A stretch of 64,000 nucleotides of DNA. Origin: Elusimicrobiota bacterium. GTDB taxonomy: Bacteria > Elusimicrobiota > Elusimicrobia > UBA1565 > JACRDR01. Every line of letters starts with the position of its first letter. Positions within the stretch are counted from its first letter, which is position 1. Both the position numbers and the translations under genes were made by a program. Positions 20,246-30,966 of the stretch are shown here, piece by piece. The notes beneath the pieces are model-generated. The model saw only the letters and a program-made list of their open reading frames with translations, searched no databases and was not told the DNA's origin. Location: positions 64,001-128,000 of the forward strand of contig JBGFSC010000010.1 of the NCBI GenBank assembly GCA_041694815.1, in the 5' to 3' direction.

Positions 20246-20515
20246 TTAACGATAGATGTCGCGCCGGTTACCGACCCGCAAAACGAGAACAAGCAACTCC
20301 CGGTCCTCGATGCGCGCGATGATGCGGAAGTCACCCACCCGATACTTCCAGAATTCGCCCAATTTCGAGCCCTTGAGGACCTCGCCGATGCTGCGGGGAT
20401 TCTTGGATGGAGCGACGCGTTGCGAGAGAAACTTTAGAATTCGTCCTGCCGCAGGAGGGTCAAGCTTGTCGAGCTCTTTCGCCGCTCCGGAGTCGAATTC
20501 AATGCGCCAAACCAT
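20246..20515 (-). CDS. RelE/StbE family toxin
   Basis: AKELDKLD..RILKFL, WKYRVGDFRII, VLRVGNRRDIYR. Confidence 0.92.
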   Translation of the reverse strand: MVWRIEFDSGAAKELDKLDPPAAGRILKFLSQRVAPSKNPRSIGEVLKGSKLGEFWKYRVGDFRIIARIEDRELLVLVLRVGNRRDIYR

Positions 20516-20723
20516 GCCGCTTCATCACTTTTTCCAGCGGAACGGTTTTCCTGCGCCCCGTGCGGATCGCGACGAGGCGTTTTTCGGCAAGGTATATGTC
20601 TTCGAGTTCTGCGAGATGCTCCAAAATGGCCTCTCGAACATAAAAACTTTTGGTTCGGCCGGTAGATTTCGAGAGCAGATCGAGCCTGGCTTCGATTGAG
20701 GGCGGGAGCCTAATGGCAAGCAT
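20499..20723 (-). CDS. Ribbon-helix-helix antitoxin (CopG/RelB-like)
   Basis: MLAIRLPPSIEARLDLLSKSTGRTKSFYVREAI..LEDIYLA; GGAGG RBS; overlaps the toxin. Confidence 0.9.
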   Translation of the reverse strand: MLAIRLPPSIEARLDLLSKSTGRTKSFYVREAILEHLAELEDIYLAEKRLVAIRTGRRKTVPLEKVMKRHGLAH

Positions 20724-20737
20724 GTCTTGCCTCCACG

Positions 20738-20775
20738 TGCTATACAAGTATAGCATAAGGAGCGTCGCTTTACAA
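20738..20775 (-). promoter_or_regulatory. TA promoter with palindromic operator
   Basis: -35 TTGTAA (20775-20770), 17 nt, extended -10 TGcTATACT; perfect inverted repeat TGCTATAC-AA-GTATAGCA at 20738-20755 overlapping the -10. Confidence 0.75.
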
Positions 20776-20789
20776 TGACGAGAAGAGAA

Positions 20790-20861
20790 AGCCGAGGATG
20801 GGAGTCGAACCCACAACCTATCGCTTACGAAGCGATTGCTCTGCCATTGAGCTACCTCGGC
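20790..20861 (-). tRNA. tRNA-Thr (anticodon CGT)
   Basis: Reverse complement folds as a cloverleaf: acceptor GCCGAGG/CCTCGGC, D-arm GCTC..GAGC, anticodon arm ATCGC-TTCGTAA-GCGAT, T-loop GTTCGAC; CCA not encoded. Confidence 0.96.
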
Positions 20862-20922
20862 GTTGCGCTTAGTTTACAATACTTTTTCGAGGAGATGAAC
20901 TTAAGGCATCTCTTCGTTTTAT

Positions 20923-21132
20923 TTAAGTCCACTGAAAACGAAATTTTTTATGATGTTCAGCACAGTCTCTTAGATAGAGATTCATTAGGCTTTGGTAAGG
21001 CATCCCTGTCGCTCCTGCGACCTGCTTGAAGTATTCGATAGTCTTTTCATCCAAGCGAATCGTAATCTGCCGTTTGAACGCCTTGGCATACGGGTTGCGC
21101 TTGGACTTCGAGAAGTCGTAGCTTTTTCTCAT
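20923..21132 (-). CDS. BrnA family antitoxin
   Basis: MRKSYDFSK..NPYA..ITIRLD..YFK..GMPYQSLMNLYL; GAGGTG RBS. Confidence 0.88.
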   Translation of the reverse strand: MRKSYDFSKSKRNPYAKAFKRQITIRLDEKTIEYFKQVAGATGMPYQSLMNLYLRDCAEHHKKFRFQWT

Positions 21133-21133
21133 A

Positions 21134-22307
<1,174 letters not shown>

Positions 22308-22341
22308 GCGATTAGCATACGGGACAGCGCTATGGAAGGGC

Positions 22342-24339
22342 TTAACGCGGCATTAAATCCTCCTTAACTTCCAAGGGGAAAGGCCTTCCGGGGCCGCCCA
22401 AGGCCTGCCGGAGTTTGCGCAGGAGCGACTCCGCGGCGACCGGCTTCTGCAGGAAGACCGCGTCGGGCCCAGGACGCCCCCCATGGCGGAGCACGACGTC
22501 ATCGGTGTAGCCGGACATGAATATGATCTTGATGCCGGGGAAAGCGGAACCGACGTACTCGGCCAACCCGCGACCGCCCACCTCCGGCATGACGATGTCG
22601 GTCAACAGGAGGTCCACGTCGACGCCCTGGCGCTCGAGCAGGCTGATCGCCTCCTTGCCGTTGGACGCTGCCAAGACGTCGTAGCCGTGCTCGGAGAGTA
22701 CCCGGGCGAGCATGCGCCGCACCGACGCGTCGTCTTCGGCCAAAAGAATCGTTTCGGAGCCCCGGACGCTGGTGATCGAGAGATCGTCGATGGGCTGCGG
22801 CTCCGCCGGCGCCTCCGTCCTCGGAAGATAAATTTTAAACGTACTGCCGCGTCCCGGTTCGCTGGATATCTCGATATAGCCCTCGCTTTGTTTGACGATG
22901 CCGTAGAGGGTCGACAAGCCCAGGCCGGTGCCCTTCCCCCGCTCCTTCGTCGTGAAGAAGGGCTCGAAGAGATGGGAGAGCACGTCGAAGTCCATGCCAC
23001 ATCCCGTGTCCGAGACCGAAATCATAACGTAGCGGCCGGGCGGCACGATGTCGTGCCTCCCCACGATCTCTTTCTCGAGCCAGACATCCCTCGTTACGAT
23101 GGAGATCGTCCCGCCGTCGGGCATCGCATCACGCGCGTTGACGGCCAAATTCAGGATCACCTGCTCGATCTGCCCGCCGTCGGCCTTGACGTTGCCCAGG
23201 CCCGGCTCTAAGTCCACCGCGAGGGAGAGGTCCTCGCCGATGAGCCTGCGCAGCATCTTCTCCATCCCCGAGACGATCGCGTTGATGTTGAGCACCGTGG
23301 CCGAGAGCAATTGCCTCCGGCTGAAGGCCAGCAGCTGGCGCGTCAGCGACGCGGCGCGGCGGGAGGCGTCGATGATCTCGCGGACGTCGTTGAGGCGCGG
23401 GTCCGAGCCGGCGCTCAAGCTCACCTCCAAGATACGGCTGTAGCCCATGATCGCGGTGAGCAGGTTGTTGAAATCGTGGGCGACTCCTCCCGCCAGGCGC
23501 CCGATGGCGTCCATTTTCTGGGAGTGTTGCAGCCTCAATTCCAATTCCTTGCGCTCGGTGATGTCGGTGACCATGGCCAAGACCCCGGTATAGCGCCCCG
23601 CATGGTCGACGATCGGGCTCGTGACGACCAGGGCCCAAAGCTCGCTGCCGTCCTTGCGCCGAAAACGGAAGTCGAACTGCTCGCGCATCCCGCCGCGCCG
23701 GCGCTCCATATGCTCCACGGCGCTCTTGCGCGCGTCGTCGTCCATGAAGGCGTAGACCAGCTGCCCCTGCATCTGGCCGACGGTATACCCCAGCAGATCG
23801 GCCATCTTTTGATTGACGAAGGTGGTCTTATTCTCGGCGTCGATCATCCACACGCCTTCTTCCGCCGTCTCGATAATCCTCCGATAGCGCTCCTCGCTAT
23901 CTTGCAGGGCCGCGACGGCCCGCTGCCGCTCGATGGCGTACTGGATCGAGCGGATCAGCAGGCTGGGGACGATTTCTCCCTTGAATAGGTAGTCCTGCGC
24001 GCCATCGCGTATGGCCTGGGTGACCATCCACTCGGTCCGATGGCCCGTCATGACGATGATCGGCAATTGCGGCGCGGCCGCGTGCACCTTCCGGACGGTC
24101 TCTATCCCGTCGGAGTCGGGAAGGCCCAAGTCCAACAAGACCAGATCGATGCCCCCCAACGACAGTCGTCGGAGCGCGCCGCCTAAGGACAAGACATGCT
24201 GTAGCTCGAAGCTTCCGGCGTCCGCTTTCTGAAGGTACTCCCGGATGAGCGCGGCGTTCGCCTCGCTGTCTTCGACCAGGAGCAGCCGAATCGCCTTCGC
24301 GCCGTTACGTCCATGCCCTAAAACCATATAATCCTCCAT
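22342..24339 (-). CDS. Cytoplasmic hybrid histidine kinase (REC-PAS-HisKA-HATPase-REC)
   Basis: N-terminal REC, PAS, AHDFNNLL, NARDAMP, PFFTTK, GTGLGL, C-terminal REC; no TM. Confidence 0.93.
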   Translation of the reverse strand: MEDYMVLGHGRNGAKAIRLLLVEDSEANAALIREYLQKADAGSFELQHVLSLGGALRRLSLGGIDLVLLDLGLPDSDGIETVRKVHAAAPQLPIIVMTGHRTEWMVTQAIRDGAQDYLFKGEIVPSLLIRSIQYAIERQRAVAALQDSEERYRRIIETAEEGVWMIDAENKTTFVNQKMADLLGYTVGQMQGQLVYAFMDDDARKSAVEHMERRRGGMREQFDFRFRRKDGSELWALVVTSPIVDHAGRYTGVLAMVTDITERKELELRLQHSQKMDAIGRLAGGVAHDFNNLLTAIMGYSRILEVSLSAGSDPRLNDVREIIDASRRAASLTRQLLAFSRRQLLSATVLNINAIVSGMEKMLRRLIGEDLSLAVDLEPGLGNVKADGGQIEQVILNLAVNARDAMPDGGTISIVTRDVWLEKEIVGRHDIVPPGRYVMISVSDTGCGMDFDVLSHLFEPFFTTKERGKGTGLGLSTLYGIVKQSEGYIEISSEPGRGSTFKIYLPRTEAPAEPQPIDDLSITSVRGSETILLAEDDASVRRMLARVLSEHGYDVLAASNGKEAISLLERQGVDVDLLLTDIVMPEVGGRGLAEYVGSAFPGIKIIFMSGYTDDVVLRHGGRPGPDAVFLQKPVAAESLLRKLRQALGGPGRPFPLEVKEDLMPR

Positions 24340-24449
24340 AAACTACAAAAGACAAGTACCGCACGGCGGGCGCTTACGCAAGACTCATTTGGTCACAGCC
24401 CCTTTTCTCGAGAGGGAAAAGCCTTTTTCAGGCGATCTTTACCGTGCCT

Positions 24450-25181
24450 TTACCGTGGCGGGTTGTGGGAATGAGCGAATTCCACGTTGAATCCGTAGCC
24501 CTGCCCCTTGTCGCTCATGATGAGCTCACGCAACGGTCCGAGCTTCCCGCGTATATTGCGCACATGCGCCTTGACGGTCGCCGAGAGCGCGGGTGGCCAG
24601 GCATGGTAAAGCTTTTTATAGAGGACTTTCTTATCCACGAACCGGCCCTCGGCGCTCATGAGCAAGGCGCAGATGCCGCTTTCCAAGGGCGTTAGCCGGA
24701 TAGCCTGCTCTCCGACGCTCAAGCAATGCGCGCAAACATCGAGCGCCGCCCCGCCCACCCGGATGATCCATTGGGAATTGCCTCGAAAGCGCCGCCTGCG
24801 GATGAGCCCCTGAATCCGGGCCATGAGCCTTTCGGGACCCACCGGGCGGATCAAATAATCGTCGGCGCCCAACTCGAGGCATTCCACCTCTCGCTCCAGG
24901 CGCCGGTCCGCGGTTAGAATCAGGATTGGAAGGTAAAAGGTCTTCTCCTGCTCCCTCAGCCGGCGGCACACCTCCTCGCCGGGCATTCCCGGCATCATCA
25001 GGTCCAGGATGACCAAATCGGGGAGCTCGCCGGCGGCCATACGCAACCCCCGTACCCCGCTCGGCGCCCACAGCACTCGATATTCGGACCGTCGCTCGAG
25101 AAGGGAGCGCAGCAGCTCCGCCGACTCCTCCTCGTCATCGATGACTAGTATCGTAAAGGAAAGCCCGGATGCCTCACCCAT
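24450..25181 (-). CDS. OmpR-family response regulator
   Basis: REC (ILVIDDE, ILDLMMP) plus winged helix (LTPLE, TVKAHVRNIRGKL, GQGY). Start chosen at ATG 25181. Confidence 0.88.
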   Translation of the reverse strand: MGEASGLSFTILVIDDEEESAELLRSLLERRSEYRVLWAPSGVRGLRMAAGELPDLVILDLMMPGMPGEEVCRRLREQEKTFYLPILILTADRRLEREVECLELGADDYLIRPVGPERLMARIQGLIRRRRFRGNSQWIIRVGGAALDVCAHCLSVGEQAIRLTPLESGICALLMSAEGRFVDKKVLYKKLYHAWPPALSATVKAHVRNIRGKLGPLRELIMSDKGQGYGFNVEFAHSHNPPR

Positions 25182-25275
25182 ATTATCATAATTGTAACAT
25201 ATATTATTATAAAAACAATGGCTGCGCCCGCGGCGGCTTGACCCGGCAGCACAAAAAAACAACAATGGCCCGATA

Positions 25276-26751
25276 ATGTCGGCGCTCAAGGCGGTTTTTG
25301 CGTCGGCTTTGCTGCTTGCGGCGATCGATCTCCCCGCGGGCGCCGTCCCCGCTTTCACACCGGAAAACGGCATTCGAATCTCCTCCGCCGTGCTCCAGGC
25401 CGCGACAGGCTCCTACCCGACCCTGCGCGCCTATTACATCCGAAACAGCAGCCATGTGCTATCGGCCATCACCGCCGACGGCATGACATTCAACGAGGAG
25501 GCCGGCGTGCGCCTCTCAAGCCTGACGGTACCGGCACTCGATATCGGGATCAGCTCCATCACGGGCCTTTCCATCCTGCCGCTTAATTCGGGCGGGTTTC
25601 GCATGCTCTATTCCGTCATCGGGACCACGGGGAGCTACCGCATCTACAGCGCGACCTCGGCCGACGGCCTTGCCTGGGCCAACGAGGCGGGGGCAAAGAT
25701 CAACAGCTCCACGACCTTCTCGGGGATGCCGAGCCTGGTAAAGCTGGGCACCGGGGACTGGAGGCTCTACTACATCCAAAATTCCATCGCGGGGAACCAG
25801 CCGGCAAACTATCGGATTTATACGGCCTTGTCCACCAACGAGGGCGCGAGCTTCGGCTCGGCATCCCAGGCGCACAGCGCGCAGGCGGGCGAGGTCAGCG
25901 CGGTCCTGCGCACCGACAACAGGGTCCGCCTTTACTACACGGCCCCGGCCGCCGGCTCGAGCAGTAACACCACCATCGTCAGCGCGTTGTCGACGGACGC
26001 CAACGGCACGTCCTTCTCCACGGAATCCGACGTCCGCCTCTCGACACCCGTTACCAGCGGCAGCCTGGCCTACCCCTTCGTCCTGCGCTCGACGGAGGCC
26101 GCCCCGTCCTATCGCTGGCGGATGTATTACGATTTCAACGGCCCCGGGCTGAGCACGGGGAATGTCCACAGCGCGTTGACGACGGCCCCGGACCCCCAAT
26201 CCATCTCCCCCTCCACCGTGCTTAACGCCAGCCCCGCCGTTTCGCTGACGATCAGCGGCGAGGTCTTTTCCCCGTCCCCCTCGGTCAAGCTCACGAGCGG
26301 CGGCCAGGCCGATATCACGGGAACGGCGGTTACCCGCTCTAATGACCAAACCATCACCGCCACCTTTAATGTCCAGGACAAGGCGCCGGGCTTTTGGAAC
26401 GTGGTGGTCGCCAATTCGGACGGCGTGTCCAAGACCCTGGCCAATGCCCTAACCATCGACTTCTCCAATGGCAGCGCCTCGGTCACCGACAATCTGCTGC
26501 GCCCACGCCTCGGCGGCACCGCCAAGATCGCGGTCGTTACCTACAATGCCGGTCACCTCACCGTAAAGCTATACACGCTGGGCGGCGCGTTGGTATCGAC
26601 GCTCTTCGATGGAGAACGGGCGGCGGGCACCCTCAACCTCACCTGGGACGGCAAGACGGCGCAGGGCAACACCGTCGCCAGCGGCGTCTACCTACTTAAG
26701 ACCACGGGACCAAAAATCAACGTGATTAACAAGATCGTGGTAATCAAATGA
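25276..26751 (+). CDS. Secreted beta-propeller / IPT-like / FlgD-Ig (T9SS-CTD-like) protein
   Basis: Signal peptide, five RxxY-type repeats, Asp-box-like S.DG..W/F repeats, PQSISP..LTISG, C-terminal WDGK..G..VASGVY..KIVVIK. Confidence 0.75.
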   Translation: MSALKAVFASALLLAAIDLPAGAVPAFTPENGIRISSAVLQAATGSYPTLRAYYIRNSSHVLSAITADGMTFNEEAGVRLSSLTVPALDIGISSITGLSILPLNSGGFRMLYSVIGTTGSYRIYSATSADGLAWANEAGAKINSSTTFSGMPSLVKLGTGDWRLYYIQNSIAGNQPANYRIYTALSTNEGASFGSASQAHSAQAGEVSAVLRTDNRVRLYYTAPAAGSSSNTTIVSALSTDANGTSFSTESDVRLSTPVTSGSLAYPFVLRSTEAAPSYRWRMYYDFNGPGLSTGNVHSALTTAPDPQSISPSTVLNASPAVSLTISGEVFSPSPSVKLTSGGQADITGTAVTRSNDQTITATFNVQDKAPGFWNVVVANSDGVSKTLANALTIDFSNGSASVTDNLLRPRLGGTAKIAVVTYNAGHLTVKLYTLGGALVSTLFDGERAAGTLNLTWDGKTAQGNTVASGVYLLKTTGPKINVINKIVVIK

Positions 26752-27683
26752 TCCCGCGACTTTCCCTCGCCCTACTTTTGTTGCCCGCGACGCTCTACGC
26801 GGAAGCGGGGCGTACGGCGGCTTCCGCGCTTTTGCTACGGCCCCTAAGCGTGCGCGCCAACGCCATGGGGGAGGCCTTTGTCGCCGCCGACGGGGGCATC
26901 GACTCCTTCGGCTACAATCCCGCCGGGCTGACCGCGACCCAGCGGCCGTCCCTGCAGAGCCTCTACACACCGGGCGTCGTCGAGGATCGATTCAGCTTCA
27001 CCAGCTACGCGCACCCCCTGCCCTTCGGCGTACTGTCCGTCGGCGGAATGTATTACGACGCGGGCGACCTGCACCTTCAATTTTCCGATGGCACCCACCG
27101 CAACGTCAAGGCGGAGCAAGACATGGCCGGCATTCTCGGCTTAAGCCTGCCCCTGCCCTTGGGGTTGAGCGCTGGAGCCTCGGCCAAGGTGTTCCGCGTC
27201 GAACTCGCCGAAACGGCTAAGGCCACCGGCTATGCGTTCGACGTCGGGGGAGTCTGGCGGTCCCCCCTCAAGGGACTCAACCTAGGAGCGGCCGTCAATA
27301 ATGCCGGGCCCGACCTCAAATTCGAGGAGCAGGGAGACCCTCTCCCCACGGCGTTTCGCTTCGGAGCTGCCTATTCGCTCAACCTGGAATCGGCGCTCGC
27401 CACGCGTGAATCGATCCTCGCGCTGAGCCGCTTCCTTTTCTGCGTCGACGCGGTCAAGGTCCGCGAGGAGAGGCTCTCCCCCCGCGCCGGAGTCGAGATG
27501 TCGGCCCCCTTGCTCGATCGGGGTCACGCCGCCCTGCGCCTCGGCCATCTCTTCGCCTCGAGCCCCGACTCCTTCACCTTCGGCATCGGCCTTAAGGAAA
27601 GGCGCTTCGTCTTCGACTACGCCTTCGGCGTGAAGCGGGAGCTCAGCAATGTCCATCACTTCTCGATCGGCGTCGTATTTTGA
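26748..27683 (+). CDS. PorV/PorQ (UPF0164)-like outer membrane beta-barrel
   Basis: Signal peptide, RANAMGEAFVA..YNPAGL motif, alternating beta-strand pattern, terminal Phe; ATGA overlap with the upstream gene. Confidence 0.8.
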   Translation: MIPRLSLALLLLPATLYAEAGRTAASALLLRPLSVRANAMGEAFVAADGGIDSFGYNPAGLTATQRPSLQSLYTPGVVEDRFSFTSYAHPLPFGVLSVGGMYYDAGDLHLQFSDGTHRNVKAEQDMAGILGLSLPLPLGLSAGASAKVFRVELAETAKATGYAFDVGGVWRSPLKGLNLGAAVNNAGPDLKFEEQGDPLPTAFRFGAAYSLNLESALATRESILALSRFLFCVDAVKVREERLSPRAGVEMSAPLLDRGHAALRLGHLFASSPDSFTFGIGLKERRFVFDYAFGVKRELSNVHHFSIGVVF

Positions 27684-27709
27684 AAAAGGCACGGCAATTT
27701 AGGTATAAT
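27680..27709 (+). promoter_or_regulatory. Putative sigma70 promoter of the hopanoid operon
   Basis: TTGAAA (27680-27685), 18 nt, TATAAT (27704-27709). Confidence 0.6.
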
Positions 27710-27737
27710 ATGCAATTCTTATCTGTTCTATGACGAC

Positions 27738-29831
27738 ATGGTGAGGAAGATCGTCTCTGACTGGCTCTCTCCGTTCGGCCAGGCCCGCTTTCGGAAACCC
27801 AAGGGTTGGGCCCAAAATTTAAAGCCAGGCAGCCGCTCCCACGACGGCGCGGACCTTCCCCGAGACCTGCAAGATTCCATAGGCAGGGCCCAGCAAGCCC
27901 TGCTGCGCCGGCAAATCCAGGAAGACGGTTACTGGTGCGCGGAGCTCCGGGCCGACACGACCTTGGAGTCGGATACGATCATGCTGCTCAATTTCCTGGG
28001 ACGCGGCGACTCGCCCAAGGTGGCGCGCCTGGCCCGATTCATCCTGTCCCAGCAATTGCCGGACGGCGGCTGGCCGATCTACCGCAACGGCCCGGCTGAT
28101 CTCTCGGCGACAGTCAAGGCCTACTGGGCGCTCAAATTCGCCGGCTACAAGCCGGAAGAGCCATTCCTCGCCCGAGCCAGGGAAAAGATACAGGCCTTGG
28201 GCGGCATCCATCGCGTCAACACCTATTCGAAGTTCTACATGGCGCTCTTCGGCCTCTACGATTGGAGAGGGGTCCCCACCATTCCTCCGGACCTGATGCT
28301 ATTCCCGAATTGGTTCTACTTCAACATCTACGAGATGTCCGCGTGGACCCGCTCGATCGTCGTGCCCCTTTCCATAATATGGTCGGATCCCCCTCCCCTT
28401 CGCTGCCCAGCCCATGCGAGACTCGACGAGCTGTTCCCGGACGAACGGCGCTACGTCCCGCTTCGCGAGGTTATGCCGCCGCATCGTTTCTTGTCCTGGA
28501 CCGGATTCTTCCTGATGTGGGACAACGGCCTCAAGGCCTTGGAAGGGCGGGGCCCGCATTGGCTCCGCGTCTGGTCGCGCCGCTTGGCGGAGCAATGGAT
28601 GTTGGAGCACCTGGAGGGCTCCGACGGGCTCGGCGCCATCTTCCCCGGCATCGTCAATACGATCATGGCGATGAAGGCCCTCAAATACCCCGACGACGAC
28701 CCCCGCCTACTCAAGCAGATCGGCATCCTGGAAGGGCTCGAAATCGACAGGGGCGAAATGCTCGAGATGCAGCCCTGCCTGTCTCCGATCTGGGACACGG
28801 CCTTAGCCGTCATCGCCTTGGCCGAATCGGGGATGAGCCGGGAGCATCCCGCGCTGATTGCGGCCGTCGAATGGCTGCTTTCCAAGGAGATCCGCCGTCC
28901 CGGCGACTGGCGCGTGACCAACCCGAGCGGCCCGATCGGCGGATGGGCGTTCGAGTTCGAAAACGATTTCTATCCCGACATCGACGATACGGCGATGGTC
29001 ATGCTCGCGCTGCGCCACGTTCACCTCGACGAGCGGCTCGAACTGGCCCGCGAGAAAGCCTGCCTGCGCGGCCTGCACTGGCTGCTGTCGATGCAGTCGG
29101 ATAGCGGCGGCTGGGCGGCTTTCGACAAGAACAATACCAAGATGATTTTCACCAAGATCCCCTTCGCGGACCACAACGCCATCATCGACCCGCCCACCGC
29201 CGATATCACGGGGCGCATCCTCGAGTTCCTGGGATACATCGGCTACGACGACTCCTTTGGGGCGGTGAAAGCCGCCGTTGCGTTCCTCAAGCGGGAACAG
29301 GAGGCCGACGGGTCGTGGTACGGGCGATGGGGGGTCAACTACATCTACGGCACCTGGCAGGTGCTGCGCGGCCTGGCCGCTATCGGCGAGGACATGCGCC
29401 AGCCCTACATACAAAAGGCCGCGGCCTGGCTTAAGTCCGTCCAGCAACACGACGGCGGATGGGGAGAGACGTGCTCCTCCTACGAGGATCCGAGCACGAA
29501 GGGATGCGGCCCCTCGACGCCCTCTCAGACCGCCTGGGCGCTGATGGCGCTCATGGCCGCGGGACAAGGAGAGGGCCCCGAGGCGCAAAGGGGGGTGGAA
29601 TATCTGCTCGGCACGCAACAGGACGACGGCAGCTGGCAAGAATCCGAGTTCACGGGCACCGGCTTTCCCAAGGTCTTTTACCTGGAATACACCCTATATA
29701 GGAACTACTTTCCCCTGCTCGCTCTCGGGCAATACCAGACTCTTTTGAGGAACCGCCGTCAGAACGAATCGAATCCCCCCATCCTGTTCCCCGGCTCGGC
29801 GCTGGAGTTCAGCGGCCCGGTGAGCCGCTAG
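27738..29831 (+). CDS. shc: Squalene-hopene cyclase
   Basis: Catalytic DIDDTA, QW repeats (QLPDGGW, QSDSGGW, QEADGSW, QQHDGGW, QQDDGSW), GTGFP. Confidence 0.96.
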   Translation: MVRKIVSDWLSPFGQARFRKPKGWAQNLKPGSRSHDGADLPRDLQDSIGRAQQALLRRQIQEDGYWCAELRADTTLESDTIMLLNFLGRGDSPKVARLARFILSQQLPDGGWPIYRNGPADLSATVKAYWALKFAGYKPEEPFLARAREKIQALGGIHRVNTYSKFYMALFGLYDWRGVPTIPPDLMLFPNWFYFNIYEMSAWTRSIVVPLSIIWSDPPPLRCPAHARLDELFPDERRYVPLREVMPPHRFLSWTGFFLMWDNGLKALEGRGPHWLRVWSRRLAEQWMLEHLEGSDGLGAIFPGIVNTIMAMKALKYPDDDPRLLKQIGILEGLEIDRGEMLEMQPCLSPIWDTALAVIALAESGMSREHPALIAAVEWLLSKEIRRPGDWRVTNPSGPIGGWAFEFENDFYPDIDDTAMVMLALRHVHLDERLELAREKACLRGLHWLLSMQSDSGGWAAFDKNNTKMIFTKIPFADHNAIIDPPTADITGRILEFLGYIGYDDSFGAVKAAVAFLKREQEADGSWYGRWGVNYIYGTWQVLRGLAAIGEDMRQPYIQKAAAWLKSVQQHDGGWGETCSSYEDPSTKGCGPSTPSQTAWALMALMAAGQGEGPEAQRGVEYLLGTQQDDGSWQESEFTGTGFPKVFYLEYTLYRNYFPLLALGQYQTLLRNRRQNESNPPILFPGSALEFSGPVSR

Positions 29832-29841
29832 GAGATAAATA

Positions 29842-30966
29842 ATGGCGGTACCCCTGCGGATGCAGTTGTCGGTGTTCGGTTACATCCTCAAGCAGAAACT
29901 TCGAGGAACCGAGCGCTACCCTCTGGTGATGATGCTCGAGCCCCTCTTCGCCTGCAATCTCGAGTGCGCCGGCTGCGGCAAGATACAGTACCCCCCCGAC
30001 ATCCTGCGCAAGCGCCTGACGCCGGAGGAATGCTGGGAGTCGGCGGAGGAATGCGGCGCCCCGATCGTCTCGGTCGCCGGGGGCGAGCCCCTAGCACACC
30101 CGCAGATAGACCGCATCGTCGAGGGCCTCATCTCCCGCGGCAAATACCTCTACCTGTGCACCAACGCGATACTCCTGGAGCGCAACCTCCAGCGCTTCAA
30201 GCCCTCCGCGCAGCTCATCTTCAGCATACACCTCGACGGCGCGGAAAAGACCCACGACCGGATGGTCTGCAAAGACGGCGTCTACAAGACCGCCGTCTCG
30301 GCCATCCGCAAGGCCAAGGCGATGGGCTTCAACGTCATGACTAACAGCACGATTTTCCAAGGGGAGGACTCCGAGGAGTTCCGGGCCTTCTTCGACACCG
30401 CGATGGAGCTGGGCGTCGACGGGATGATGATCTCGCCGGGCTACGCGTACGAGAAGGCTCCCGAGCAGGAGCTCTTCCTGAAGCGGGATCAGACGCGAGC
30501 CTGGTTCCAAGAGACGCTGCGGGGATGGCGACGCAAGGGTTGGGCCTTTAACCACAGCCCGTTCTACCTTGATTTCCTCGAAGGAAAACGGGACTATGAC
30601 TGCACACCCTGGGGCAACCCCCTGCGCAACGTCTTCGGCTGGCAGAAGCCCTGCTACCTGATGGCGGAGGCGGGATACGCGCGCAGCTACCGAGAACTGC
30701 TCGAGAGCACCGACTGGTCGCTCTACGGCCGCAAGTCGGGCAATCCCAAATGCGCCAATTGCATGGTCCACGTCGGCTACGAACCCTCGGCGGTGATCGA
30801 CGCTTTCTCCAGTCCACGGAAATTTTTCGAGATGGTCTCGGACATCGCCACGATCAAGGGCCCCAAAAAGGTCCGCCGGGCGCAGCTCGCCGCGCTGCCA
30901 GAGGAGCCCAGGGCCGCCCTATCGGGCGCCGGCCGTGGCTCGAAGGATTCCTGCGGAGGGCATTGA
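29842..30966 (+). CDS. hpnH: Adenosylhopane synthase (radical SAM)
   Basis: YPLVMMLEPLFACNLECAGCGKI, PGYAYEKAP, CTPWGNP, CANCMVH. Confidence 0.94.
   Translation: MAVPLRMQLSVFGYILKQKLRGTERYPLVMMLEPLFACNLECAGCGKIQYPPDILRKRLTPEECWESAEECGAPIVSVAGGEPLAHPQIDRIVEGLISRGKYLYLCTNAILLERNLQRFKPSAQLIFSIHLDGAEKTHDRMVCKDGVYKTAVSAIRKAKAMGFNVMTNSTIFQGEDSEEFRAFFDTAMELGVDGMMISPGYAYEKAPEQELFLKRDQTRAWFQETLRGWRRKGWAFNHSPFYLDFLEGKRDYDCTPWGNPLRNVFGWQKPCYLMAEAGYARSYRELLESTDWSLYGRKSGNPKCANCMVHVGYEPSAVIDAFSSPRKFFEMVSDIATIKGPKKVRRAQLAALPEEPRAALSGAGRGSKDSCGGH

Noticed and set aside
20790..20861. tRNA-Thr as attachment site of a prophage or ICE
   Set aside because: No integrase, no phage genes and no duplicated tRNA 3' end seen in the window.
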